Below the pieces are notes generated by a model that was not told the DNA's origin, did no database searches, and saw only the letters and a program-made list of their open reading frames with translations. From Myxococcota bacterium (GTDB lineage: Bacteria > Myxococcota_A > UBA9160 > PR03), in contig JBDIVR010000014.1 of NCBI GenBank assembly GCA_039794265.1, positions 40,879 through 104,878 on the forward strand: a stretch of 64,000 nt of DNA, written 5' to 3'. Each line of letters starts with the position of its first letter. The first letter of the stretch is position 1. Positions 1 through 9,838 of this stretch are shown piece after piece. The position numbers and the translations under genes are program-made.

Positions 1-657
1 GACCCGGCCTTCCCGGAACGGATGCGAGGAGATGCGATGGACCTCCGCGCGGACCTGGGGGTGGCAGCCGTAGCAGGTCTCGGTCTGGTTGTTCTTGACG
101 AATGTCTCCGGCCGCACGTCCTTCGCGAGCAGCGTGTCGGAAGCGGCGTGCACGTTGTGACAGGTCGCGCAGGCGACGCCCTCGCTCTCGTGCCGGCTTC
201 CGCTCCAGTGGATGCGGCCGCCCCCCTGATGGCAGGTCAGACAGACATCGTTCTGGGCGCCGGAGGGTGCGTCCGGACCGAAGACGACGGAGAGCGCGAC
301 GTCGGAATCCTCGGCGTGCGCGGCCCCGGGGCCGTGGCAGGTCTCGCAGGCGTGCTTCGCGAACGGCGTGCGACGATCACCCGTCGTCGAGTGGCGGGTT
401 TCCAGGATCGAGAGGACGGACTCCTGGTCGTGGCACTCGATGCACGCGGACGATCCCCCGTCGGCCCAGCCCTCCGCCGAATCGGCGAGAACGGTGCTCT
501 CGCGCAGCGTGGTCGGCTCGGTTTCCTCCGCGGCGACGGGCGGTACGCCGCTGCCCGCGGCCAGCAGCCATGCGATCGCGGCCGCAGCCACCGCGATGCC
601 CGTCGCATGGCGCCGCCCGCGGCGACGACCTCCTTCGCGAGTCCCCTCGTCCTGCAT
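1..657 (-). CDS. MtrA/DmsE-family periplasmic multiheme (probably decaheme) c-type cytochrome, running off the window start
   Basis: Not in the ORF track; translated by hand from ATG at 657 (RBS GAGGGG). Signal peptide, then five CxxCH motifs (CIECH, CETCH, CLTCH, CATCH, CYGCH) with MtrA-like context (CHGPGAAH, HWSGSRHE, SSHPFREG). Confidence 0.88.
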   Translation of the reverse strand, partial: MQDEGTREGGRRRGRRHATGIAVAAAAIAWLLAAGSGVPPVAAEETEPTTLRESTVLADSAEGWADGGSSACIECHDQESVLSILETRHSTTGDRRTPFAKHACETCHGPGAAHAEDSDVALSVVFGPDAPSGAQNDVCLTCHQGGGRIHWSGSRHESEGVACATCHNVHAASDTLLAKDVRPETFVKNNQTETCYGCHPQVRAEVHRISSHPFREGRV

Positions 658-663
658 CGTCCC

Positions 664-1185
664 TCAGCTCCTCTCGACGACCGCATCGCTCGCGGCGTCC
701 ACCGACCCGACGTGTCCCCACGCACGCAGACGCGCGCCGGCATCCGCGACCAACCCATCGAGCGCAGACGACACCGGCGCCGACAGTCCCACGCCGAGCG
801 CGACGCAGGCGGGCTGGACGCCGAACGCCACCAGCACGGGGGGCTCCGTGTCCCGCAGCGCCGCCAGCGCCAGCAGCTCGCCGACGTCGATCTGGTGCGG
901 CGACAGCTTCGCCGAGAGTCGCCGCGGCAGCTCCGGCCCGTCGATCTCGATGCGCGTCCCCGGCGCGGAACCGAACTCGATCGCGTCTAGCAGCAGAACG
1001 CGTTGCGCGGACTCGAGCGCTGGCAACAGCGCGAGGCCGGCGGTGCCGCCGTCGATCCAGTCGAGCGACGGATCGGACGGGAACTCGGCGCGCAGGCGCT
1101 CGAGCGCGACGAGGCCCAACCCGTCGTCTCCCATCAGCGGACTCCCGAGCCCGACGACGACCGTGCTCACGGGCACCTCACTCAT
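664..1185 (-). CDS. hyaD: Hydrogenase maturation endopeptidase (HyaD/HybD family)
   Basis: GLGSPLMGDDGLG, DGGT and SPHQ motifs; directly follows the cytochrome b gene. Confidence 0.92.
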   Translation of the reverse strand: MSEVPVSTVVVGLGSPLMGDDGLGLVALERLRAEFPSDPSLDWIDGGTAGLALLPALESAQRVLLLDAIEFGSAPGTRIEIDGPELPRRLSAKLSPHQIDVGELLALAALRDTEPPVLVAFGVQPACVALGVGLSAPVSSALDGLVADAGARLRAWGHVGSVDAASDAVVERS

Positions 1186-1909
1186 CGTCGAACCGCTGCG
1201 CCACGGGCACCCAGCGTCCCCCGCTGAAGATCGACGATGCCGTCCCCTCCCGGTCGATCACGTCGGCCCGCATCGCGAGATAGACGTGGATCGGGACGAA
1301 GATCAGGAAGATCCACGTCACGGCGTGGTGTACGAGCCGGACGCCGCGGATCCCGCCCGGGAACCACGCGACCCAGAACGACAGCTTCCAGAAGAAGCTG
1401 CCCGGTTCCGCCTGGGCGTAGAGCGCGAAGCCCGTGACGACCGCGATCGCCGCCGCGAGATAGATCCCCGTGTACGCGATCTGCTGGAGCGGGTTGTGGC
1501 CGAGGTAGTGCGGGCGCCGGGCGCGCGGGAGCATCAGGTAGTAGCCGATCGTCTGGAAGACCCCGCGGATGCTCTTCGGAGTCACCGGGAACAGGGCCGA
1601 CCAGCGCTCGTAGCGCGATCCGGCGAACAGCCAGTAGATCCGGACGACGGCGGTTCCGACGAGGACGGCGGCCGCCACGAAGTGCAGGAAGCGCATGCGG
1701 CCCATCAGGAAGTGCGAGCTGGCCTCGCCGGCCGTCATGAAATAAGGCCTGCCGATGTAGAAGCCGGTGGCGATCAGGACCAGCAGCGAAGCCGCCGCAA
1801 GCCAGTGCATCGCGCGGATCGGCCAGTGCCACAGATACACGAAGCGATACTCGCCGTGGCGCTGCGCACTTCGGGTCCGGTGCCCTGCGGCGGGGTTCGC
1901 AACGCTCAC
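1178..1909 (-). CDS. hyaC: Ni/Fe-hydrogenase b-type cytochrome subunit
   Basis: C-terminal part of ORF 1178..3202; the GTG start overlaps the large-subunit stop. Motifs WPIRAMHW, RFLHF, GHNPLQQ, HH..HVY. Confidence 0.92.
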   Translation of the reverse strand: MSVANPAAGHRTRSAQRHGEYRFVYLWHWPIRAMHWLAAASLLVLIATGFYIGRPYFMTAGEASSHFLMGRMRFLHFVAAAVLVGTAVVRIYWLFAGSRYERWSALFPVTPKSIRGVFQTIGYYLMLPRARRPHYLGHNPLQQIAYTGIYLAAAIAVVTGFALYAQAEPGSFFWKLSFWVAWFPGGIRGVRLVHHAVTWIFLIFVPIHVYLAMRADVIDREGTASSIFSGGRWVPVAQRFDDE

Positions 1910-3618
1910 TGGACCCGCACCTCGACGAGCGGCTTGCCCGCCGCATCGAGGACGTGGACGCCGCACGCCATGCACGGATCGAAGGAGTGCACGGTCCGCA
2001 GGATCTCGAGCGGCTGCTCGGGGTTCTCGAGCGGATGGTTCGACGCGAGCGCGGTCTCGTAGATGCCGGTGCTGCCGTCCGGCCCGCGCGGCGACGCCAG
2101 CCACGTGCTCGGCACGACGCACTGATAGCGCGAGATGCGACCGTCCTCGATCTGCACCCAGTGCCCGAGCATGCCGCGCGGCGCCTCGAGATCGCCGTAG
2201 CCCTGCGCCTTCCGGGGCCACGTCCTCGGCTCCCAGCGATCCTTCGTGAAGGTCGCGACGTCGCCGCCGCGGATGCGTCCGATCAGCAGGTCGTACCAGT
2301 GCTGGAGGCGACGCGCGACGAGCAGCGTCTCCATGCCGCGCGCCGCCGTCCGGCCGAGCGTCGAGTGCAACGCCTCGGCCCCGACACCGAGTTTCCCGAG
2401 CACCTCGTCGACCAGCGGCTTCACGTCGGTGTGGCCGGACGCGTAGGCGATCACCATCCGCGCGAGCGGGCCCACCTCCATCGGCCGTCCGTCGTAGCGC
2501 GGCGCCTTCGACCACGAGTACTCCGGAAGGCCCTGCAGCTCCTTCCACGGCGTCGGCGGTCCCGTGTACTTGGGCCGCGTCTCGCCTTCGTACGGATGCA
2601 GTCCGACGTCCTTCCCCGCCTCGTACTCGTACCAGGAGTGGGTCACGTACTCCTTCACCTTCTGGTGATCGTACGGCTGGACCTCGCCGAGATTGCCGTC
2701 GACGATCACGCCGCCCGGCAGATAGGCGGAGGCCTTGTCCTTCCAGTCGACGTCCGACCAGTCGCCGGCGGCGAGGTAGTGGCGGGGGCCGGAGCCGATC
2801 GCGGCCCAGTCCTTGTAGAACCCCGCGATCGCAACGAGGTCCGGCCAGTAGACCTCTTCGACGAAGCGCCGGGCCTTGACGATCATGTCGGCCACGTCCG
2901 ACAGCCGGGCGGCGTTGATCGTCGCGGTGTCCGCCAGGTTGATCGCCGACGCCATCCCGCCGACCAGGAAGTTCGGGTGCGGGTTCTTGCCGCCGAAGAT
3001 CGTGTGCAGGCGGATCACGTCGCGCTGCCAGTCGAGCGCCTCCAGATAGTGCGCCAATGCCATCAGGTTCGCGGCCGGCGGCAGGCGGTACGCCGGGTGT
3101 CCCCAATACGCGTTCGCGAAGATGCCGAGCTGCCCGCTCTGGACGAAGCGCCCGACGCGGTCGCGGACCTCGCGGAACCAGGTCGGCGAGTTGTTCGGCC
3201 ACGGCGAGATCGAGCTGGCCAGCGCGGCAGCCTCGGCAGGATCCGCAGACAGCGCGCTCACGACGTCGACCCAGTCGAGCGCGTGCAGGTGATAGAAGTG
3301 CATCACGTGGTCCTGCACCGTCTGCATGCCGTGGACCAGGTTGCGGATCAACTCGGCGTTCGGCGGCACGCGGATCCCGAGCGCGTCCTCGACGGCGCGC
3401 ACGGAGGCGATCGCATGCACGGTCGTGCAGACGCCGCAGATCCGCTGGGCGAACGCCCAGGCATCGCGCGGGTCCCGGCCCTGCATCACCAACTCGAGGC
3501 CGCGGAACTGCGTCACGCAGGCCCAGGCCTCCTCGATGCGACCGGCATCGGCGCGCACCTCGATGCGCAGATGGCCCTCGATGCGCGTGATCGGGTCGAC
3601 GACGACCTTAGTCGCCAT
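1906..3618 (-). CDS. hyaB: Group 1 [NiFe]-hydrogenase large subunit
   Basis: DPITRIEGH, L1 motif QRICGVCTTVH, L2 motif SFDPCMACGVH followed by a cleavable tail. Confidence 0.97.
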   Translation of the reverse strand: MATKVVVDPITRIEGHLRIEVRADAGRIEEAWACVTQFRGLELVMQGRDPRDAWAFAQRICGVCTTVHAIASVRAVEDALGIRVPPNAELIRNLVHGMQTVQDHVMHFYHLHALDWVDVVSALSADPAEAAALASSISPWPNNSPTWFREVRDRVGRFVQSGQLGIFANAYWGHPAYRLPPAANLMALAHYLEALDWQRDVIRLHTIFGGKNPHPNFLVGGMASAINLADTATINAARLSDVADMIVKARRFVEEVYWPDLVAIAGFYKDWAAIGSGPRHYLAAGDWSDVDWKDKASAYLPGGVIVDGNLGEVQPYDHQKVKEYVTHSWYEYEAGKDVGLHPYEGETRPKYTGPPTPWKELQGLPEYSWSKAPRYDGRPMEVGPLARMVIAYASGHTDVKPLVDEVLGKLGVGAEALHSTLGRTAARGMETLLVARRLQHWYDLLIGRIRGGDVATFTKDRWEPRTWPRKAQGYGDLEAPRGMLGHWVQIEDGRISRYQCVVPSTWLASPRGPDGSTGIYETALASNHPLENPEQPLEILRTVHSFDPCMACGVHVLDAAGKPLVEVRVQ

Positions 3619-4783
3619 CCTGGTCCTCCCGGCGGTCGCTCGCGGAGCCGTCCGCTGCCGGCCCGTCGCCGCTGCGGCGCTCGTGAACACGCTTGATCCC
3701 GGTTGCGACCGCGTGCGCCGTCACGCCGGCGACGGCCCCGGCGAAGATGCCGAGCCCGATGGTGTCTACGGTGCGCTCGACGCCGCCGGCGCCGAGCACG
3801 TCGGGCATCTGCCGGTAGAACGGCGTCATCGTGTCCCAGAAGTTCCGCTCGGTGCAGCCGATGCACGGATGCCCGGCGCCGATCGGCCAGCTCGTGCCGC
3901 GGTTCCACTGGATGATCGGGCACGGGGAGAAGGTCGCCGGCCCCTTGCAGCCGACCTTGTACAGGCACCAGCCGCTGCGCGCCGCGGCGTCGTCGAACAC
4001 CTCCACGTACTGCCCCGCGTCGAAGTTGGCGCGACGCGGGCACTGGTCGTGGATGCGGGCGCCGTACGCGAACAGCGGCCGGCCGTCCCCGTCGAGGTCG
4101 GGCAGCCGCCCGAAGGTCAGGTAGTGCACGACGGTCGCCGTCACGACGTCGGCGATCGGCGGGCAGCCGGCGATGTTCACGACCGGCTTGTCCTTGATCA
4201 GCGCACCGATGCCGACGGCGCCGGTCGGGTTCGGCCGCGCCGCCTGCACGCTGCCCCAGTGCGCGCACGCGCCGAGCGCGATCACCGCCGCCGCACCCCG
4301 ATTGGCTTCGACGAGGATCTCCTCGGCCGTGCGGCCGCCGATCGTGCAGTAGATGCCGCCGTCGTTGCGCGGGACGGAGCCGGACACGACGAGCAGGTAC
4401 TTGCCGTGCCACTCCTTCATCGCCTGCTGCAACGCCTCTTCGGCTGCATGACCGGCGCTCGCCATCAACGTGTGCTGGTAGTCGAGCGAGATGCGCTCGA
4501 GCAGCAGGTCGCCGATCGTCGGCGTATCCGCACGCAGCACGCTCTCGACGCAGCCGGTGCACTCCTGCAGCTGCAGCCACACGACGCTGGGTCTCGACAG
4601 GGACTCGATCGCCTCGGCGACGCGCGCGACGCCACCGACGCCGATCCCGAGGATCGCTCCGATCTTCGCGCAGAAACCCATGAACTCGCGGCGCGTCACG
4701 CCGTCGCGCGCGAGCGAGTCCACGAGCGACTCCCCCTGCGCCCACGACTCGCCTGCGTTCGGGCCCGTGGTCGGAGAGAACAT
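3608..4783 (-). CDS. hyaA: Group 1 [NiFe]-hydrogenase small subunit, Tat-exported with a C-terminal membrane anchor
   Basis: Tat motif TRREFMGF, ECTGC, GCPP, HDQCPRR, CLYKVGCKGP, GHPCIGC, and a C-terminal TM helix. Confidence 0.96.
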   Translation of the reverse strand: MFSPTTGPNAGESWAQGESLVDSLARDGVTRREFMGFCAKIGAILGIGVGGVARVAEAIESLSRPSVVWLQLQECTGCVESVLRADTPTIGDLLLERISLDYQHTLMASAGHAAEEALQQAMKEWHGKYLLVVSGSVPRNDGGIYCTIGGRTAEEILVEANRGAAAVIALGACAHWGSVQAARPNPTGAVGIGALIKDKPVVNIAGCPPIADVVTATVVHYLTFGRLPDLDGDGRPLFAYGARIHDQCPRRANFDAGQYVEVFDDAAARSGWCLYKVGCKGPATFSPCPIIQWNRGTSWPIGAGHPCIGCTERNFWDTMTPFYRQMPDVLGAGGVERTVDTIGLGIFAGAVAGVTAHAVATGIKRVHERRSGDGPAADGSASDRREDQDGD

Positions 4784-4997
4784 CTGCCTTCCCCTCTTCG
4801 GCCGATGACTCGCGCGCATTATGCATCGGCGTTCGCTCGGAAGAAAAGAGAAACTTTCCTCTCTCGATGAAGATTCGCGCGCGATAGAATGATCCGCGTC
4901 GATGCGAGGTTGGTTCCCCGCGTCTCGATGTCGGACTCCCGACACTTGTCGGTTATCCGACAAGACACCGACCTGGACCGCGCGAGAATCGTGTCCG

Positions 4998-7334
4998 ATG
5001 CCGCCGACCACTCGCACCATCGACGCTGCGCAGACGCATCGGCCCGGCCCGAGGGCCGGCGTCCGGATCGCGATCGAGGGCGTCGTCCAGGGCGTCGGAT
5101 TCCGGCCGTTCGTCGTGCAGCGCGCGCGGGCGCTCGGGCTGACGGGCCGCGTCTGGAACCAACCGGACGGGGCGCTCGTCGAAGCGTTCGGAGTCGATTC
5201 CGCGCTGCGCGAGTTCGCATGCGCACTCTGCTCGTGTGCGCTGCCCGGCGCGGCTCTCGCGCGCATCGTGGAGGAGCCCCTCCCGTGGGCGCCCGCGCAC
5301 GGGTTCACCATCTCCGACAGCGCGCCGGGCGCCGCTGCGAGCATCCCGCTCGCACCGGATCTCGCGACCTGCGAAGACTGCCTGGAGGAGATCCGGGATC
5401 CGCGCGCGCGTCGCTACCGGTACCCGTTCACCGCGTGTGCCCGCTGCGGTCCGCGACTCAGCGCGACGCTCGAGCTCCCGTACGATCGGCAGCGCACGAC
5501 ACTCGCGGATTTTCCGCTGTGCGCCGCGTGTCGTGCGGAGTACGAGGATCCCGAGGATCGCCGCTTCCACGCCGAGGCGATCGCCTGCCCGGCCTGCGGG
5601 CCGCGCCTGACCGTGCTCGAGCCGGACGGCAGCCGAGCGGGACCCGACACCGCCGCGCTCGCCGCCTCCGCGACGACCCTTCGGAAAGGGGGCGTCGTCG
5701 CGCTGCTCGGCATCGGCGGCACGCATCTCGCGTGCGACGCGACGAACGAAGAGGCGGTCCGTGCGCTGCGCGTTCGCAAACGCCGGGAACGGCGGCCGCT
5801 GGCGGTCATGGTGGAGGACCTCGCGGCGGCCGAGAAGCTGGCGATCCTCGATGCCTCCGAACGCGAGCTCCTGACATCGGCCGCACGCCCCATCGTGCTC
5901 GTGCGGGTTCGCGACGATGCCGGGCTCGCGCCTTCGATCGCGCCCGGCCTGGACCGCATCGGGCTGCTGCTTCCCTACACGCCTCTGCACCACCTCCTGC
6001 TCGGCGACGTCGCGCGCCCGCTCGTGATGACGTCGGGCAACCGAGCCGGCGAGCCGATGGCGTTCCGCGTCGGAGACGCGCTCGGACGACTCGCGGACGT
6101 CGCGGATCTGTTCCTGATGCACGACCGGCCGATTCCGGCGCCTTGCGACGATTCCGTCGCGACCGTCGGCGGCGGGGCCACGATCTGGACCCGCCGCAGC
6201 CGCGGGCTCGCACCGCGGCCGGTGGAGCTCCCGGAGCCGGTCGTCCGGCCGACGCTCGGCTGCGGCGCCCAGCTGCACGCGACGGTGTGCCTCGCGATCG
6301 GGGACCAGGCGTTCCTGTCGCCCCATCTCGGAGACCTCGACTCGCCCGACACGCTCGACGTGTTCGAGGCGGCGATCGAGCGGCTCGAGCGCTTCACCGG
6401 AACGCGGGCGGAGGTCTTCGCCCACGATCTCCATCCTGGCTACACCAGCACGCGTTGGGTGCGCGCGCGCCGCGGCGCCGCGGCGATCGGGGTCCAGCAC
6501 CACCATGCGCATCTCGCCGCAGTCCTCGCGGATGCCGCCGTCGTCGGTCCTGCGCTCGGGCTGCTCTGGGACGGCACCGGATGGGCACCCGACGGCAGCG
6601 CCTGGGGCGGGGAGCTGCTGCTCGGTGACGCGAGGGCCTGCGAGCGGCTCGCGACGCTGCGCCCACTGCGCCTCGCCGGCGGCGAGGCGGCAATCCGGGA
6701 GCCCTGGCGACTCGCGCTGGCTGCCGTCGACGACGCGTTCGACGGCGCGCCTCCGATCGAGGCGCTGCCGCTCTTCGCTGCGCTGGATGTCGGCCGGCTG
6801 ACCTCCGTGCGCGCCCTGCTCCGCCGCGACGGACTCTGCGTGGCTGCGCACGGCGTCGGGCGCTGGTTCGACGCGATCGGCGCGCTGGTGCTCGCGCAGC
6901 CCTGCGCCGGCTACTCCGGCGAGATCGCGCTGGCGTGGAACGCCGCGGCGCGGGGCCGGCACGCGCCTCCGTACCCGTTCTCGCTGGACCGCGCCGCCGT
7001 GCCGCCGCAGATCGATCTGCGGCCGATGGTGCGCGCCGTCGTGGCGGACGTCCTCGCCGAACGACCCGCCGGCGAGATCTCTGCTCGCTTCCACGAGACG
7101 CTCGCGGCCGCTGCGGAGGCGCTCGTGCGCGGCTTCGGCTCGGACGGCGATCGCCTGCCGGTGGCGCTCTCGGGCGGTTGCTTCCAGAATGGGCTGCTGG
7201 TCGAGCGGGTCGAAGCCCGCGTCGCGGCTCTCGGGCGGCGGGTGCTTCGTCACCGCGAGGTGCCGCCCGGCGATGGCGGCATCGCGCTCGGCCAGGTCGT
7301 CGTCGCCGATGCCGTCGTCGGCGCCGGCGGCTGA
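4998..7334 (+). CDS. hypF: Carbamoyltransferase HypF
   Basis: GVVQGVGFRPF acylphosphatase domain, CxxC zinc fingers, QHHHAH, and PPGDGGIALGQ. Confidence 0.96.
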   Translation: MPPTTRTIDAAQTHRPGPRAGVRIAIEGVVQGVGFRPFVVQRARALGLTGRVWNQPDGALVEAFGVDSALREFACALCSCALPGAALARIVEEPLPWAPAHGFTISDSAPGAAASIPLAPDLATCEDCLEEIRDPRARRYRYPFTACARCGPRLSATLELPYDRQRTTLADFPLCAACRAEYEDPEDRRFHAEAIACPACGPRLTVLEPDGSRAGPDTAALAASATTLRKGGVVALLGIGGTHLACDATNEEAVRALRVRKRRERRPLAVMVEDLAAAEKLAILDASERELLTSAARPIVLVRVRDDAGLAPSIAPGLDRIGLLLPYTPLHHLLLGDVARPLVMTSGNRAGEPMAFRVGDALGRLADVADLFLMHDRPIPAPCDDSVATVGGGATIWTRRSRGLAPRPVELPEPVVRPTLGCGAQLHATVCLAIGDQAFLSPHLGDLDSPDTLDVFEAAIERLERFTGTRAEVFAHDLHPGYTSTRWVRARRGAAAIGVQHHHAHLAAVLADAAVVGPALGLLWDGTGWAPDGSAWGGELLLGDARACERLATLRPLRLAGGEAAIREPWRLALAAVDDAFDGAPPIEALPLFAALDVGRLTSVRALLRRDGLCVAAHGVGRWFDAIGALVLAQPCAGYSGEIALAWNAAARGRHAPPYPFSLDRAAVPPQIDLRPMVRAVVADVLAERPAGEISARFHETLAAAAEALVRGFGSDGDRLPVALSGGCFQNGLLVERVEARVAALGRRVLRHREVPPGDGGIALGQVVVADAVVGAGG

Positions 7335-7368
7335 GCGGCGCAGCCGTTCCGTCGAGTCGGAGGTCACC

Positions 7369-7659
7369 ATGTGTCTGGGCGTGCCGGGGCGGATCGTCGA
7401 GGTCGACGGCTTCGTCGCGCAGGTGGACTTCTGGGGCGTGCGACGCGCGGTCCGGCTCGACGTCGTCGACGAACCGGTCGCCGTGGGCGACTGGGTGCTG
7501 AACCACGTCGGCTTCGCGATCCGCCGCATCCCGGCGGAGGAGGTGGACGCCACGCTCGCGCTGTACGACGAGATCCTGAGCGCCGCCGAGAACGACGCGA
7601 TGCGCGCCGACGTCCGCGGAGAAATCGCGGCGGCGCACGGAACTCCGGACGATGGTTGA
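7369..7659 (+). CDS. hypC: Hydrogenase chaperone HypC
   Basis: MCLGVPG N-terminus, VLNHVGFAI, RBS GGAGG. Confidence 0.96.
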   Translation: MCLGVPGRIVEVDGFVAQVDFWGVRRAVRLDVVDEPVAVGDWVLNHVGFAIRRIPAEEVDATLALYDEILSAAENDAMRADVRGEIAAAHGTPDDG

Positions 7660-8806
7660 GCTCGGCGCCGCGAGCGCTTCGATGCAGTTCCGCGATCCCG
7701 TGCGCGCCCGCGCGCTGCTCGGAGCCTTGAAACAGCTCACGGCGCATCGCGCCGGAGCCAATCCCCTCGCGATCATGCACGTCTGCGGCAGCCACGAGCA
7801 GGCGATCGCGCGCTTCGGCATGCGCGCGGTGCTCCCGGCCACGTTGCAGGTGATCATGGGCCCCGGTTGTCCCGTCTGCGTGACCGATGCGCCCGAGGTC
7901 GACGAAGCCGTGGCGCTCGCGGACGCCGGGCTGCGCGTCGCCAGCTACGGCGACATGCTGCGGGTGCCGGGCTCCGGGCGCTCTCTCGACGACGCGCGGG
8001 CCGAGGGCGCGCGTGTCGACGTCGTCTACGGCATCGCCGAGGCGGTCGAAACCGCGCGCGGACAGCCCGGCGAACCCCTGGTGTTCTTCGCGTCGGGATT
8101 CGAAACCACCGCCGTCGCGACCGCAGCGGTGTTGCTGCGAGAGCCGCCGCCGAACTTCTTCGTGCTCTCCGCACACAAGTACATCCCGCCGGTGATGGAG
8201 ATCGTCGCCGAGATGCCGCACACGCGTGTCGAAGGCTTCCTCGCCGCCGGCCATGCCGCGGCGATCACCGGCTCCGGCGTCTTCGAACCGTTCGTCGCGC
8301 GCTACGGCATCCCGGTCGTCATCGGCGGTTTCGAGCCGCTCGACCTGCTCGCGGGATTCGCAAAGCTCGCCGAGCTCGCACGCGACGGCGAGGCGCGTGT
8401 CGTCAACGCGTTCCCGCGCATGGTGACGCGCGAGGGGAATCTTCGCGCACAGCAGCAGCTGTGGGCGGTCTTCGAGCCGGTCGGCGGACAGTGGCGCGGC
8501 ATCGCGCGCGTGCCGAACGGAAACCTGCGCCTGCGACGCGAGTTCGCCGCCCACGATGCCCGGCGCCGGTTCGAGGATCTGCTGGCCGCCGCGGCGCCGC
8601 CGCGCCTCGCGCCGCGGTCGGACGAATGCCGCTGCGGCGACATCCTCGCCGGCAGCGCAGCGCCGAGCGACTGCGCCCTCTTCGGCGCGCCGTGTACGCC
8701 GGCGACGCCGGTGGGAGCCTGCATGGTCAGCAGCGAGGGCACCTGCCGGATCTGGCACGAGTATGGCGGCATCCCGCACATCGAGATCCGCGAGGCGCGC
8801 CCGTGA
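7652..8806 (+). CDS. hypD: Hydrogenase maturation protein HypD
   Basis: HVCGSHE, GPGCPVCV, GFETT, GACMVSSEGTC. Confidence 0.97.
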   Translation: MVELGAASASMQFRDPVRARALLGALKQLTAHRAGANPLAIMHVCGSHEQAIARFGMRAVLPATLQVIMGPGCPVCVTDAPEVDEAVALADAGLRVASYGDMLRVPGSGRSLDDARAEGARVDVVYGIAEAVETARGQPGEPLVFFASGFETTAVATAAVLLREPPPNFFVLSAHKYIPPVMEIVAEMPHTRVEGFLAAGHAAAITGSGVFEPFVARYGIPVVIGGFEPLDLLAGFAKLAELARDGEARVVNAFPRMVTREGNLRAQQQLWAVFEPVGGQWRGIARVPNGNLRLRREFAAHDARRRFEDLLAAAAPPRLAPRSDECRCGDILAGSAAPSDCALFGAPCTPATPVGACMVSSEGTCRIWHEYGGIPHIEIREARP

Positions 8807-9828
8807 GCGGACCGGGAGACAAGATCGCGCTGCGTCACGGCGCTGGCGGCCCGGCGATGCGAACGCTGATCGAGACGCTGTTCGTCTCGGGGGAAGCGCC
8901 CGATCCCGACGTCGTCGGCCTCGAGGCTCTCGACGACGGCGCCGCCCTGCGCCTCGGCGACCGCTGGCTCGTCTTCACGACGGACTCGCACGTCGTCACG
9001 CCGCCGTTCTTCCCGGGCGGCGACATCGGCCGGCTCGCCGTCTGCGGCACCGTCAACGATCTCGCGATGATGGGCGCCGTGGCGCCGCTCGGGCTGTCGC
9101 TGGCGATGGTGCTCGAGGAGGGCTTCGCCGTCGCGGACCTCGAACGCGTCCGCGACTCGATCGCGAGTGCGTGTCGCGAGGCCGGGACGCGCGTGCTCAC
9201 CGGCGACACCAAGGTGATGGGCCGCGGCGAACTCGACGGGATCGTGCTGAACACCAGCGGCCTCGGCTTCGCCGAGCGTCTCGTCCGGGACGACGGCCTG
9301 CGCGCCGGCGACGCGATCCTGGTGACCGGAACGATCGGCGATCACGGCCTCGCGGTGCTCGCGCACCGCCACGGTCTCGACGTCGGCGCCGCCCTGCGCT
9401 CGGACGTCGCGCCGCTGAACGGGCTCGTCTCGGCCGCGCTCGCGGCGGGCGGAGCGGGGATCGTCGCGATGAAGGACCCGACGCGCGGCGGTGTCGCCAG
9501 CGCGCTCGCCGAGATGGCGCACAAGGGGGGCGTGGGCATCGTGCTCGACGAGGCGACGCTGCCGGTGCGCGCGGCCGTGCGCGCGGCCTCGGAGCTGCTC
9601 GGCATCGATCCGCTGCTCGTCGCGAACGAGGGCAAGGCGCTGCTCGGCGTGCGGCCCGCCGACGAGAAGGCCGTGCTCGAGGCGCTGCGCGCGCATCCGC
9701 TGGGCCGCGAGGCCTGCCGCATCGGTCGCTGCGTCGCCGAGCCGGTCGGGCGCGTCGTCCTCGACACCGGCTTCGGGCGCCGGCTCGTCGTCGAACCCGA
9801 CGGCGAGCTGTTGCCGCGGATCTGCTGA
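8803..9828 (+). CDS. hypE: Hydrogenase maturation protein HypE
   Basis: GTG overlaps the hypD stop; HGAGG, DSHVV, GDTKV, DPTRGG, C-terminal LPRIC. Confidence 0.97.
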   Translation: MSGPGDKIALRHGAGGPAMRTLIETLFVSGEAPDPDVVGLEALDDGAALRLGDRWLVFTTDSHVVTPPFFPGGDIGRLAVCGTVNDLAMMGAVAPLGLSLAMVLEEGFAVADLERVRDSIASACREAGTRVLTGDTKVMGRGELDGIVLNTSGLGFAERLVRDDGLRAGDAILVTGTIGDHGLAVLAHRHGLDVGAALRSDVAPLNGLVSAALAAGGAGIVAMKDPTRGGVASALAEMAHKGGVGIVLDEATLPVRAAVRAASELLGIDPLLVANEGKALLGVRPADEKAVLEALRAHPLGREACRIGRCVAEPVGRVVLDTGFGRRLVVEPDGELLPRIC

Positions 9829-9838
9829 GGGAGCGGCG

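Noticed and set aside
22-2062. Long plus-strand ORFs (22..990, 102..1283, 368..2062) and similar Arg/Pro/Ala-rich ORFs throughout the window
   Set aside because: These are shadow frames of real genes in high-GC DNA and carry no motifs. The true gene at 1-657 is on the minus strand.
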